Shown here: positions 40,071 to 53,419 of the stretch, piece by piece
Layout of the letters: each line of letters opens with the position of its first letter
How positions within the stretch are numbered: the first letter of the stretch is position 1
Source: Octopus sinensis
Lineage: Eukaryota
Assembly: GCF_006345805.1 (NCBI RefSeq)
Contig: NC_042998.1
Span: 76,074,001-76,138,000, forward strand
Direction of reading: 5' to 3'
DNA: 64,000 bases
Notes under the pieces: generated by a model
Told to the model about the DNA's origin: nothing
What the model saw: only the letters and a program-made list of their open reading frames with translations
Database searches by the model: none
Program-made: the position numbers and the translations under genes

Positions 40071-41075
40071 ATCCTCCAAATGTTCCTAATAAACAGGGAG
40101 GGGAGGGAGGATAGAATTGAAATAAGGAAGCATTAATTATTTTAAAAATCTTTAAAAACCTTTTTCAAGGGTTAAAAATTAAATATGAAATTTTAAAAAA
40201 ATTATTATAAAAATTTTCAATCTCTTTCATTGCTAAAACAATTTTTTTCCCAGTGAGCTGTACAAAATATCTAAGAATTTAGAACTTTAAAGCAAATCAC
40301 TCAAGGAAAATATTTTAATAGCTCCCACATACTGTTTAGTCTCAGAGGTATTAGCTTCCTTTAGACAGCAACAAATTCTTACTAATGTTTTTTTTTTTTA
40401 AGGGACCGACTTCATTACCAAAATAACTCAAAATATGGATAAGAATGTTATACCTCTTGGTTTTGAAATAAAGCTTCTTAGTTTCAAGCTAGATTTATAC
40501 TGTGTACACATCCAGGAATAGATGCCAATTCGAGATCAAATGTAGTACAGATTTGAATTATTATATATTCTTTAATTTTCATGGAATAGATTAATAGTAA
40601 TCAGAAGAGAAATCTTATGATTCCTTCAACAGAATAATTGAAAAAAAAAAAAAAAAAACCCTGAAAAATTGCAAATATTTTCCTTTAATTGAAATTACTT
40701 TCACCCTCAAAATACACATGTGCACACACACACACACACTCACATATACTTTGTTAATATTAGTTAATATATATATTGTATTAGTGAATAAATACTTCAG
40801 TGACATTTTTTAGTAAATTGTTATGACACAACAGCATTTAGAAACTGGTGAGAAAGTAGGTCAACTAAGTTATAGTCAACACATACACTCCAAACTATTT
40901 TTAACTGGTCTTTGTTACATGACTTCTCCACTTTTGTATTCCTGTTGTCAGTTCTCTGAATTATTGTGAATCATTAAATATTTAGACTTTTTCCCCATGA
41001 AAGAATGACATCATATTTTCTCTATTAAGAAGTCCCATTGTTTTACTACATTTGATCAACAACTGTTTTCAAATC

Positions 41076-41895
41076 ATCATCATCATCATCATCATTTAGC
41101 GTCCGCTTTCCATGCTAGCATAGGTTGGACGGTTCATCTGGATCTGTGAAGCTGGAAGGCTTCGTCAGGCCCAGTCAGATCTGGCAGTGTTTCTACGGCT
41201 GGATGCCCTTCCTAACGCCAACCACTCCGTGAGTGTAGTGGGTGCTTTTTACGTGCCACCCGCACAGGTGCCAGACAGAGCTGGCAAACGGCCACGAACG
41301 GATGGTGCTTTTACGTGTCACCGGCACGGGGCCAGGTGATGCTGGCAACGGACACGAACAGATGGTGCTTTTACGTGCCACCGACACGGGGGCCAGACAG
41401 AGCTGGCAAACGGCCACGAACGGATGGTGCTTTTACGTATCACCGGCACGGGGGCCAGGCGAGGCTGGCAGCGGACACGAACGGATGGTTCGCTTAACCA
41501 CAGCTACAATTCCCACTGATGTTGATCGACCTCAATTTTGGTTCTGCTTTCTGATATATGATTTGATTTGGTTTGATTTTGATTGTTCTCACTGGTCTTG
41601 CCGGGTCTTCTCGCGCACAGCATACTTCCATAGGTCTCGGTCTCTGGTCATTTCCTTGGTGAGACCTAAAGTTCGAAGGTCGTGCTTCACCACCTCGACC
41701 CAGGTTTTCCTGGGTCTACCTCTTCCACAGGTCCCCTCAACTGCCAGGGTGTGGCACTTTTTCACACACCTATCTTCATCCATTCTCACCACATGACCAT
41801 ACCAGCGCAATCGTCTCTCTTGCACACAACATCTGATGCTTCTTAGGTCCAACTTTTCTCTCAAGGTATTTACACTCTGTCGACTATGAACACTA
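41076..41895 (-). mobile_element. Young 5'-truncated RTE LINE with an A-B-A-B ~58-bp repeat 3' UTR
   Basis: Intact C-terminal ORF REKLDLRSIRCCVQERRLRWYGHVVRMDED...EKTRQDQ*; CpG-rich; (CAT)n tail at 41076. Confidence 0.92.
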
Positions 41896-42959
41896 GGAAT
41901 TAATATTATTCATTATAATTATCAGCACTGGTTGTCTCCCACCACATCCAATCTACACAACTTGTCTACATTCATTCATTCATTCATTCATACATCACTC
42001 TTTTGTAGCACATCACCTGCCTTCTGGCAGGTCTTCCCTGCATATAATACAGATGCAGGTCTTCTCTGCATATAATACAGGCAAACCAAGAAGTGAGACA
42101 CATGCTTGATTCTCTGTGCCCACATGTACACTTCACACTTACCAGAACCTTAATTTGAGAATGAAGAGCCAAAGATTTGATTAGAAAAAAGGGCATGAGT
42201 GCCTACCCCTGGGCATTCGACTGAAGCATTGGATACTTGACTTTTTTTTTTTCAAGCAATGAGTGGGCCTTTCAGTTAACACCCTTAACATTTAACATTT
42301 TAGCTATAGCTGAACTGGCCATGAAACTATCAAGGAAACTAATTGACCATTTCACCGAAATTAATAATGGACAAGCATGGGTGAAATGGCATGTATTAGT
42401 AACCTCTGCCAGTGAGGTTGGTTGCATCACCAGTATAAAAGCAGGCTTATTACAAACAGGGTGGCACTCTTTTTCCTTTCTTGAATGTGCCTGCTGGAAC
42501 TAAAATTGTGTCTCACACAGCTGTGATATGAGAAATGAATAACAAAGAAAATCTGTTTCCATATCAGTTTTTACATTGTAGATACCTACAATTGATGAAT
42601 ATCTTGTCATATGCAAAGCTGATTTGAACATGAATGTGCTAATGACTGTTCCATTTGACACAGGAGTACAGCTTCTCTTTACAATGAATACGTGTTCATA
42701 ACACACTAGATTCATTAGTGCAAGAGATTCTAGGGCACAAGGCTTTTTGATAGGTTGTGTGTTGTCAGAAGTACCTAGACTAATGGATCTAATAAGAACC
42801 GGTGTTGTTTATAATTTCAGTGAACAAACTGTTTGTTGGTTCATGCTAATACCTTCTACACAGCCATGTTTGTGTCTACCATGTAACGCTTTATCTAATC
42901 TGTGTTTCAAGTGTTGAACAGAATATATTTCCCTGATGTTCATGCTTCATATATGATTC

Positions 42960-43328
42960 TTTTATTCTTTTTACTTGTTTCAATCATTTGACTGTAGTCA
43001 TGCTGGAGAACCAACTTAAAGGGTGTTGGGTGAAGAAATTGATCCCAGGACTTATTTCTTTGTAAGCCTAGTACTTATTCTATCAGTATCCTTTGCTAAA
43101 CTGTTAAGTTACGGGGACATAAACAAACCAGCATCAGTTGTCAAGCAATGATAGGAGACAAACACAGAGGCATACATACAAATATATAGATATATATATA
43201 TGTGTGTATATACATACAAATATATGTATATATACACACACACACCAAAGTAGACGCATAAATGCAAAACAAGAGGGTGAAAATAGTACTCGAATACTGG
43301 AGGTAGAGTAATACGCTTTATTAATGAA

Positions 43329-43376
<48 letters not shown>

Positions 43377-43542
43377 ACTCACACATGATGAGCTTCTTCC
43401 AGTTTCCGTCTACCAAATCCACTCACAAGGCTTTGGTTGGCCCAAGGTTATCGTAGAAGATACTTGCCCAAGGAGTCATGGAGTGGGACTGAATCAGGAA
43501 CCATGTGGTTGGGAAGCAAGCTTCTTACCACACAGCCACACC
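42960..43542 (-). mobile_element. tRNA-derived SINE (25706 family) with an expanded internal microsatellite
   Basis: 3' half at 42960-43170, 5' half at 43380-43542. Confidence 0.8.
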
Positions 43543-43559
43543 TGTGCCTAGATATCCAT

Positions 43560-45170
43560 TGCCACTTTTTTTCAACCACTAGAGTAACTTGAAACTTATG
43601 AAAGCTTTATATTACTTAGTACATATGATACTGAGGCTAACAAAAGAATCTGAAAACAAGCATGGACATTTAGGTCAAAATTCTGAAAATGCTTTGGATG
43701 GGCAAAGTGATAAAAAAAAGAAAATCTGATATTTCAACACCTCCAAAGAAGAATTTGCAAAAAGAAACAATCACAATGTTGGCCAACATGAATGAATATG
43801 AATAAATCTGCTTGTAGTGGTCTGGTATCATCATGCAGTATATCATTACTTATTACTAAAAGCAACAAGCTGCACACTGTGGGTGAATTGTTGGTGATAC
43901 CACAGAGAATGAATATGTTAAAATGCAAGAACTGTACTGAAACTTACTTCTTTAGTACCTAAACCATTGAAAATCAAATTGATGAAATGACACTTGGCAT
44001 AAAAGATCAATTAATTGATAAGTGTTGACGTTTCTCCTATAGCAAGATAAATCTACTGTTGGTACTGGTATTTCGTTACTGATGGCATATATGAGATTGA
44101 TGGATGATAGTGCATTTCAAATGGAAATGCTTTTACCAAAAAAACTAGAGACAGATACAAGAGACGAGTATCTTTGTTTCAGTTTTTTTTGCAGGAAACA
44201 ATATTCACATTGATAACATAGTTTTTTGGACAACCGATGGAGCTCTCCAGTATGGTTGATTGATCTCAGGGCTTTATATCATATTGGTGAAGGTGCATGG
44301 CTCAGTGGTTAGAGTGTCGGACTCACAATCATGAGGTAGTGAGTTCAGTTCCCAGACTGGGCTGTGCGTTGTGTTCTTGAGCAAGACACTTTATTTCACA
44401 TTGCTCTAGTTCACTCATCTATAGAAATGAGTTACAATGTCACTTGTGCCAAACTGTATCAGCCATTGCTTTTCCCTTGGATAACATCAGTGGCATGGAG
44501 AAGGGAGGCTGGTATGCATGAGTAACTGCTGGTATTCCAAAAACAATCTTGCTTGGACTTGTACCTCAGAGGCGAACTTTCTAGGTGCAATCCCATGGTC
44601 ATTCAAGACCGAAGGTCTCTTTATATCATATTGACAAGAAAAAAAAAAAGAAAAAAACCCACCTTCCCCTTGCCATTGTCACCTGCATAATTCAATTGCA
44701 TTAACTCATTGCAAAACCTTCAGTCCAGACCTTATCTATTGCTTCAGATTAATCATTAAGCTCAAAAGTTCAACATAAAGAAAATGTTCCTAAATACTGC
44801 ATGCTGAAAATGAAAATCATGTCTTTCTGAGTAAGGGTAACTGTTACAGTGGCTTGTGGATATATTTGACAGCATTCTAAAATTTCTTCAAAGAACTTGA
44901 AATCATTTGTCATTGAATCTGGAAAAAAAATTTTGCCATGTAGCAATTGGTTTTTTTTCTAGATTTTTAAAAATCTTCTGGAAACAATTTGAGTTGATAT
45001 CAATTGCTATTGATTTAAATTTAAGTATGCAAAAAGTATACTCATCCCTAATCACTGACAGGTTGGTGAAAATTAATTCCTGTCAGGTAAAGCCAGATGA
45101 TCAAGATCACATTATGATATAAAATAAATTTGCTCTTTTACATGTGATAGTAATTCTAACTTTACTGCCT
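43560..45170 (+). mobile_element. hAT (Charlie/ZBED5-like) transposase relic
   Basis: KLHTVGELLVIP, IDEMTLGIKDQLID, QDKST, TTDGA and LSKGNC, degenerate forms of KPHTIGEELI / LDEST / CTDGA / WLSKG. Confidence 0.8.
44287..44618 (+). mobile_element. tRNA-derived SINE inserted into the hAT relic
   Basis: TGGCTCAGTGGTTAGAG A box and GAGTTCAGTTCC B box; 15-bp TSD CTTTATATCATATTG (44272-44286, 44619-44633). Confidence 0.9.
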
Positions 45171-45174
45171 AAAT

Positions 45175-45893
45175 CAGTGGTTCTCAAACAGGGTCCATAT
45201 GTCCCCTGAAGGTCCATTATAAGATTTTGGGGGGTCCACACAGCAAAATAGTGAATTGAGGATTCACAATAGTATATTAAGAGCCTCTGAAAAAATTTTG
45301 CTTTAGCTATATGTATTGGTATGTATTGCAAGAAATAGCTTGGATTCTTTCTCTAACATTTTATGTAGTTCAACTTACACAAGTCAATTTTTCTTTTTAT
45401 TCTTCTTGTTTCAGTCATTTGACTGTGGCCATGCTAGAGCATTGCCTTAAAGGGTTTTAGTCAAAGAAATTGACCCCAGAACTTATTCTAAATTCTAAAT
45501 TTAGAACCACTAAATTACGAGGACATAAACACACCATCATTGACTGTCAAGCAATGATGGGGGTCAAACACAAACATTTACACACAAACACACACACAGA
45601 CATACATGACAGGCTTCTAGTTTCTGTCTACCAAATCCACTCGGAAGGCTTTGGTCAGCCTGAAGCTATAGTAGAAGACACTTTCCCAAGGTGCCATGCA
45701 GTGGGACTGAACCTGGAACCATGTGGTTGGGAAGCAAGCTTCTTACCACACAGCTATGCCTTTGTGAAAAACAAAATAGAAATTTTGTAAGAAGTTTCTA
45801 TAAAACTAGCTTTTAAACAGCAAATGGCTATGGGAGTCCATCAGTATAAAATAATAAAGGTGTCCATAGAGAAAAAATTGTTGAGAACTCCTG
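45175..45893. mobile_element. hAT-type MITE (30239 family) interrupted by a minus-strand SINE (~45397-45761)
   Basis: CAGTGGTTCTCAAAC ... GTTGAGAACTCCTG; imperfect 8-bp TSD GCCTAAAT/GCATGAAT. Confidence 0.75.
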
Positions 45894-46384
45894 GCATGAA
45901 TGGCAATTAAAACCTAAACATTTCATTTAAAAAAGGGGTTTTAAATGTTTCCATTTTTTAATTCTGTAACTTAACAATATGTGCATAAATCTACTAAGAT
46001 AATTAGCAGCCTCTAATCTCTCCCTGTCCATTCCCAAGACTTATACATCAAAGTTAAATAGTTGCTATGGTACTTTTGCTATGTCTGAATTTCGTGTAAA
46101 TACTAACAGATCATTTACTTTGCTGTGCTGTGAAACTTTTACTATCTGTATTTCATGGAAACACTAACAGACCATTTAATTAGCTGGATACTGAGAAGTA
46201 ATGTACATAAGTTTAACTGTTCTTGTATAAATTGTGTGGTTGTGTATGGTGATTGTCTACTCCTTTCCTTATGCGGAGTTTGACCACCTCCTGTACCTAC
46301 AATTTAGAACCATTGTGGCATCTGATGTGGCCCAATGTTCAAAAGTCATGCTTCACCACCTCATCTCAAGTTTTCCTGGGTCTT

Positions 46385-47340
46385 CTGGACAGTCCCTTTG
46401 TTCAAGTTGGTGAATGCTACCATAATCCTTGCCTTCGATTCATTTTTGGTGTTACAAGGAGTTTTGTTAGTCTCCCACTCAACTGTGCCCCACACATAAT
46501 AATCAAGGGGGTTGCAGTCTGAGGAGTTAGGTGGCCAGATGTTAGGAGTGATGTGGTCGCAGAAATTGTCCAACAGCCATGATTGGGTTCTCCTACTTGT
46601 GTGGCATGGTGCAGAGTCCTGTTGCTAGAAATAGGGTCTTCCAGCAGCCACCCATTTAACCCAGGGCAGCACTACCCCCTCCATGCACTTGATGTAGGCT
46701 TCTGTGTTGCGTATGGGGCTGTGTGGGAAGCAGAATGGAGGCATAACATCACCATCATCAGTGATCATTCCAAACACCATGATGTTAACTGAATGTTTGA
46801 TTTTTATCACTCTCAGTACATGTTTTGGGGACATGGCAAGCCAATGGTTGTTCTGTGTGTTCACCATCTAATTCTGGCAGAAATTTTTGCCATCTGAGTA
46901 AAACCAAAGCATATTTGGTTGGTGGGCATGCTCAAGTTTGTTCAAAAGCTTTGTGGTGTGGTCTTTCCTCTTGTCCTTGGTGGCTTGGGATAAAAATTGG
47001 CCCTTTCTCATCTTGTATGAGGAATACAGAATGCCTGCATGGACTACCTGCCTGATAAGAAACTCAGACACTCCCATGTCTCTGGCGATGGATCTGATTG
47101 ACTTAGAGGGATCATTGTCAATCATGGCTTGGATCTCACCAATAAATTCAGGAGTTCTTTCCTTATCAGAATGATCAGAGTGAATTTTCTAAGCTGCCGT
47201 ACCTTTGTCATCACCATTTAACTCATCCAACTCATGCTGAATCCTCTGTACTGTCCTCATATTGACACCCAAACACTCTGAAATGTTCATATTGGAGCTT
47301 CTGGCAGGAATGCCAAGCAGTACAGCATGTCATTTCCAAA
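46385..47340 (-). pseudogene. Tc1/mariner maT-type (DD37D) transposase relic, 3'-truncated
   Basis: FYSDGKNF, QDSAPCH and WPPNSSDCNPLDY; 37 residues counted between the second and third Asp; N-terminal HTH region DPSKSIRSIARDMGVS. Confidence 0.88.
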
Positions 47341-48549
47341 TTTCTGGCAGAGTGAATTGCACACACTTACACACACTGACACACAAGCGAGAGAGAGGAA
47401 AATGTATTTTATCGAATTAATTCCTTTCAGTAGTTTGCCACAAGTAATTATCTATAAAACTAAATATTTATCACTCTTAGGTTTTTCATGGATATCCACT
47501 AGTTTATGTATTATTTTCCCATTTTTGTGTGGCATCTCAGGCTAGTGTCTTCTGTTATAGCCCTAAACTGACCTAAGCCTCTTGAGAGGAGTTGGTAGAC
47601 AGAAACTGAAAGAAGCCCAGTTTGTGTGTGTTTTGTCTCCCTGCCTTAATGCTGCATTATAGTTGTAAATGAATGTGACCATCATGCAAATAATAATGTC
47701 CTATGTTTCCAATCTTCCATAAAAGCACGTCTGATCATGGCACACTATTACTTACTTGGAAATGGGTGTGAGTTGGCAACAGGAAAGGTATTTAACTGTA
47801 GAAAATCTGCCAAAGTAAATTCCATTCAACTCATATGAGCATGGAATGGTGGATGTTTAAATGGTAGTGTGTCTGAATTATATAAGCATACATTAAGATT
47901 TTGTTGTGCAATGTATCAAGGGAGTGAGAGAGAGCAGATTTTAAATAGACAGATTAAGATGCAAGAAGTGTTTAATAAACATTTGGAAAATAAAGTGTAT
48001 AATCATTTGGATTTTTAAAAAAATTTTCAAGCACTTTTATTAGGTAGGATGTCTCCTCAAATTCAAATATATACAAGGTGTGATATATATATATATATAT
48101 AATTACAACATATCTTGTATGGTACAAAGATATACTTAATATGGTATGATATTGTATATGACTAATGAATACTTGTATTATATGCAAAAACTTTAAATCT
48201 TATAAAGTCTGGTGTAAAAATACAGGCTAACTGATATTGTATTAATTTGAGCATTTGCACTGTTGATCAGCATGTTTACCATCATTAATATTTTACTTTT
48301 CACTGTTTTCATTGATAAATTTTTTTTTAATGAAGTCATTGGGATATTTGTTGCTCAAATCAGACAAGTCACTCTTATTTATAGAAAGACCATGTGTATA
48401 TCTTACTGCTTGGCAGGAATTCCTTTGAAAGACACACCCATTGGTCTACTGTACATGTCTGATGCATCTTTCTGTGAATAGTTGGCTTAAAACAGTGTGT
48501 GTGTGTGTAATTGTCTATTTATCTGATATTTATCTAATTTTCATTTTAG

Positions 48550-48647
48550 ATTATTGATATGGAAACTGACCCAAATTGGTATCGCGCTCAAATGAAAGGC
48601 AACACAGGCTATATACCAAATAATTATATTGAAATTATTCATAAAGA
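48550..48647 (+). CDS. GRB2: GRB2/Drk-family adaptor exon, second half of N-terminal SH3 (IIDMETDPNWYRAQMKGNTGYIPNNYIEIIHK-D)
   Basis: tttcattttag acceptor and gtaagt donor; 98 nt, phase 0 to 2, the same size and phase as the GRB2 exon [33 protein letters not shown]; SH3 W and GxIPxNY motifs present. Symbol is family-level; may be a paralogue. Confidence 0.93.
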
Positions 48648-48704
48648 GTAAGTTTTCCAATCTTTCTCTCCTTTTTCATTTTTAGTGATTTGATATTCTT
48701 CATC

Positions 48705-51700
48705 ATAATTATCATTTAAAATCTGTTTTCCATGCTGGCATGGATTTTACAGGATTTGATGGTCTCTGGCTATGTCAAGCTCCAGTGTCAGCTTTGGCAT
48801 GGTTTCTAAAGAGTGAGGATACCAAGTAACTTGCAAGACAAAAACAAAAATAATGAATAAAAAGGGTAAAAGCCTTCTTGACTGAGTGAGAGCGTATTTA
48901 GGAGGAGGAAGTGGTTTTATGCCAAGTGTTGAAGGCTAAAGTATGATAGTCGAGTGCAGGTGTCTTGCCATAGAGGAGAAACATGATTACAATATATGAG
49001 AGTAGGTGGAAAGAAGATAAAGACAGTAATGATGGGGTGCCAGAGCATACCTCAGGGTGAATCAGGGAAGAAGGGAAAGGGTGTCGAATTTCATAAGAAT
49101 GTTAGTGGAGTGTGACAGATGGTTAAAGTCAGCAATAGAGGTGGCTGTAATTTATCATGAACAAGGATGGAGGTGTGGTTGAATAATAAATATCAGTATG
49201 AAGGGGGAAAAGTGAGAGAGGTAGAAGTGGTTTAGGAAGGAGGAAGTGACAAGCAATGAAGTGACAGTATGAGTGGAGAGCAGCAAGCAGTATCATAAAT
49301 CTGTTGGTAGATAATGTGTAGAATGTGAAGGCAGAGGGAGATGTACAATGACAGAGGTAAAGGTCCAAAGTACATGAGGGTAGCTTAGTGAGTGGTGAGA
49401 AGGGGCATCGATTATGGATATGAAAGGTGTTGAGAATGATAATAGATACAAGAGATGTTACAGATGAGATATGGTAGACTGAAGATGTAGATCAGAGGGG
49501 AGAGAGAGATATAACTGAAAATACAGAAAGTGAGTGATTGGTGGAAAATAGTGTGGTAAAGGATGATAATGAGGATAAGGGAAGGAGTTTAAAAGTGAGT
49601 GTTTCCATGTGGGGAAGAAGGTAACTGGTAGTGCAAAAAGAAGGATGGAACATGTGTCATTTCTGCTCTCAATTGAGAGCAGAATTGGCAAATAGTTGCA
49701 GTAGATGAGTAATGCCATAGAGTGGTGGAGAGATTGTTGTTAGGAAGATGAGATGCAGGGAAATGCTTGACAAAGGCAAATTAGGTACAGGGTCCAGCAT
49801 GTACAAGCATAAGCATAATGCTTTTGGGACTTCATTTTTGCTATGACAGATGGGTCTTCTCAAACACAGTGAATCAACATTCATCTTGGTTCTGTATCAT
49901 CTCATCTATGGAGTTCAGCAAGTTGAGATCAGCCTTCATTACTTCATCCCTCAACTTTCTGGATCTCCCTCTTCCACAAGTTCCATCCACTTAAGACTAT
50001 TGACACCTCTTGATACAGCTATCTTCATGCTTAGGCATTATATGACCAGACCAGCACAGTCTCTTCTCTTGCATGCTACATCTGATTCCTCTTGTACTTG
50101 TTTTTTCTCATAGTACATTTTCACTGTCGTTCATGCACACTGACATTGCATATCCAACAGCATACTGACTTCATTCCTTTCTAGTCTTCGCATGTCCTCT
50201 GCATTCACAACTCATGTCACAGCATGTAGCATTGCTGTTCATACATGTATCATACAATCTGCCTTTCAATCTGAAAGAGAGACCATTGTTTTTCAACTGA
50301 AGTAATAGCTTCCTGAACTCCTCCATCCTATTCCATTTCTATCAACTATATTTTCAGAATATCCTCCTCCACTGTAAATTGTCATCTCAGTAACAGAAAC
50401 TATCTACTACTTCTAAGGAGCTTCATAGACCTTTGAGAAAATCCTTTTCTCTCTGTCATTAATGTTTATAGCTACTGCACATCTACATACAAAGATTCTG
50501 TCTTTGTTAAACTTTCTGTGATTCCACTGCACTTCTTGTGTGTCCAGAGCTTGCACTGGGTACATAGTATTGAATTTTTGCCTACACCTTTCCTATATGT
50601 TGTGCAGGGCCATATACCTGACAGGGAGAAGATCATATATGTTTTTGGTCTTTTGCTAAGTTAACTTTAAGGCCATTTAATTCTAAGTTTTGCTTCCACA
50701 AAAATTATACTCCAGATTCTGCTATAAGTCATCAGCATATAATTGTCCACAAGGCCAGCTTGCCTTAAATTCCTGGCAAGCTATAAGGAATAAGAGGCAA
50801 CTGAGTACTGAGCCGTAGTGAACTCCTACTTGTACTCTAAATTCATTGTTGTACTTGGAGCTGATTCTCACCTCACAAGCCATCCATCTACTCCTATTTT
50901 CTCAGAGACCACCAAATCACAGAATGAAGGACTCTTATCAAAAGCTTTCTCCAGGTTAATGAATTCCTTTTACATTGGTTTACTTTTTGCTAAATACTTC
51001 TCCTGTAGTTGTTTTACTAGGAAAATGGCATCAGTAGTACTTCTCTGGTACTACACCAAACTGCATCTCATCTACTCTATTGGGTTCACATTGAGAAGAC
51101 GCTCTTTCTTCCAGTTGTTCTCCACATTTAATAGCCTTTCATACTAGCACTTTTATGCCTCTTTCTTTTCAGAATTACTAAATGCAAGTGTACCATTATC
51201 CATTTGCATACATGTATCACCTGTAACACCTTGATTCTGTGTGAATACTTCACACCTCTGATCCTCATACTGTAAAATATATGCAAATCTTGCTTTCTGC
51301 CCCTCCTTTCACAATGTAAACATGTTACCAGGCTTCCCTTCTGACTACCTGTTATAACTCTCTGCTGCTACCATTTTTCCAGTTTTTTCAGGCCTGTGTT
51401 TTTGCTTTTTATATCTCTATCTGCCTCACTGTTCCACCATGTCAGCCTAAATCTGGCTGAAATTTTACATCAATCACAGATTTGGTCAGTAATTCTCAGT
51501 AGGAACTTCCCATAGGAACTTCCACTTGTCCATGTCTCTAACTTTTCTTCCTTTTTGTCAAATGTTCCAACTAGAGTTTCTGTAAATTTCTGACTGTTGC
51601 TGGGTCTTTGATTTTCCATATCTTTCTTTTGTAAACTCTTGCTGAGTAAGATATGGCCAAGTCCTTTTGGCTCTAAGTCTGAAATCACTAACCATTAACC
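48705..51700 (-). mobile_element. Long decayed RTE LINE with ~1.1-kb pyrimidine-rich 3' UTR, starting ~60 bp into the intron
   Basis: RT/C-terminal homology at 49830-51700; tail at 48705-48860; the purine-rich + strand tract at 48900-49760 is shared with ~26510 and ~22360. Confidence 0.75.
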
Positions 51701-52668
51701 TATGTTGGGTTGTACATTCAATGTTTTGATGAAATTATAACAATTTCTGAAAGGGATATTAGCTTTCCCTGTAATATTTTATTGATTAAAAGTACATCAG
51801 CACACTTATCTAAAATAAAAGTAAAGCTGAGATCTAAACCTAATAAACCAGGAAGTGGGTTTAAGCCAAAATAATCCTTGTCACATTAGCTCAGGCCAGA
51901 TTTGAAATTAATTCTATGTAGCTGGGATTTATATTACATATCAGTATTCAATGCTTTTTTTGACAAACACTTCAACCGGTAATCTGCAGACTTAGCCCAT
52001 ATTGGATAACTTTGTGAATCAATCAATCAATCTGCCTTTTCGTAGAAAACTGGGTATCGTTTATAATAGTATCCACAAACAGCTAAAAATTCTAAATTTG
52101 CTTTGGTATTTTTGAGATGGCAAGAGCAGTTGATTGGTGGAATCATTAGAGCATTCATTGGACTGAATGGCATGTGGTATTTGTTTTGGTTTCTTATATT
52201 TTGAGTTAAATCCTACTCAGGTCAACATTGCCTTCTAAGGTTGATAAAATAAAGGACCAGTAAAATACTGGGCTGAGTTAATTAACTAATCCTTTTTCCA
52301 ATGTTTGTGGCCTTGCTTGTATCAGAAACAGTTATTACTAAGATAGCATATTAATGATTAGTGCTGCACTATGATGATGCATAATTATTGTGATAAAGTA
52401 GTAATGGACTTTATCGATAACTGTTTTCATTTAATTTTGTTTTTAATTATAGTTTTACGATAATGCTTTCTTTATCTTCTACATGTCAATTTCTCTGTTT
52501 ATCATCATCATAATTATAATTTTATTGTATGTAAAAAAACAAAAAAACAAACAAAAAAAACAATAGTGATCAATAGCGAACTAGACATTTTGCCAAGAGG
52601 TCAGCAGTTTACAGTAGTTTGTTAATGTTCAAAACAGTTAACTCCCAATGGCTCAGTTTGCACACTTA

Positions 52669-52886
52669 TACAAGGAGGTACTGAAAAGTTCCTGGCTTTG
52701 GGTAAAAGAAAATACAGGAGGATCAGTTAATTATGACTTTGTTCAACATATTCCTCTCTCAGATTCACACACTTACTACAGCAGTCCTTCACTTTTTCTA
52801 AGCCTTGTAAAAGAACTCAGAAGGTTGGGCCTCCAACCAGGCCTTTCACACACCCTTAAAGTCAGAAACTTTTCACCATCCCTTCG
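52669..52886. mobile_element. Mariner-type MITE; second copy at ~56646-56858
   Basis: TA|CAAGGAGGTACTGAAAAGTTCC ... GAAACTTTTCACCATCCCTTCG; the two copies are colinear. Confidence 0.7.
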
Positions 52887-52892
52887 AATATA

Positions 52893-52920
<28 letters not shown>

Positions 52921-52923
<3 letters not shown>

Positions 52924-53207
52924 AACCACATAAATAGGAACATCCAAATCCAACAAAACAATATACATCACTATGTAAGATAATAATACCATAAGAATAA
53001 TACACACAAAAGGGATCTTACAGCTGTTTCAGCCTGTAGATAAAGATATCTCATTCTGCTTATATTAGTCAGATGTATTGAGGTAATATGCAGTTAAAAA
53101 TGAGTTACTTATATATATATCTCAAGGCCTCGTCAGAGATTATAAAGTACAATTATAAAAATGCAAATATAAATATGAAACAAAATATTCATACACAAGA
53201 ATATATA

Positions 53208-53256
<49 letters not shown>

Positions 53257-53352
53257 AGTGTGTGTATTATTCTCATGGTATTATTATCTTACATATTGAT
53301 GTATATTGTTTTGTTTTGTTGGATTTGGATGTTCCTATTTATGTAGTTAATA
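52921..53352. repeat. Penelope-like inverted repeat (arms 52921-53008 and 53257-53352)
   Basis: Direct reverse-complement match; hammerhead motif in the spacer. Confidence 0.8.
53015..53140 (-). ncRNA. Type I minimal hammerhead ribozyme motif
   Basis: AUCU-CUGACGA-GGCCUUG..(86 nt)..CAGGCU-GAAAC-AGCU-GUA-AGAU: complete core, stem I AUCU/AGAU, palindromic stem III ACAGCUGU. Confidence 0.75.
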
Positions 53353-53419
53353 AATAATATGAATTGGTAATATCTGTAAGTCGATGATTGAAATGAATAT
53401 GTTCCTCCATTTTCTTATT

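Noticed and set aside
41242-41796. 184-aa + strand ORF, the longest in the track
   Set aside because: It is the antisense reading of the RTE 3' UTR repeats and ORF end.
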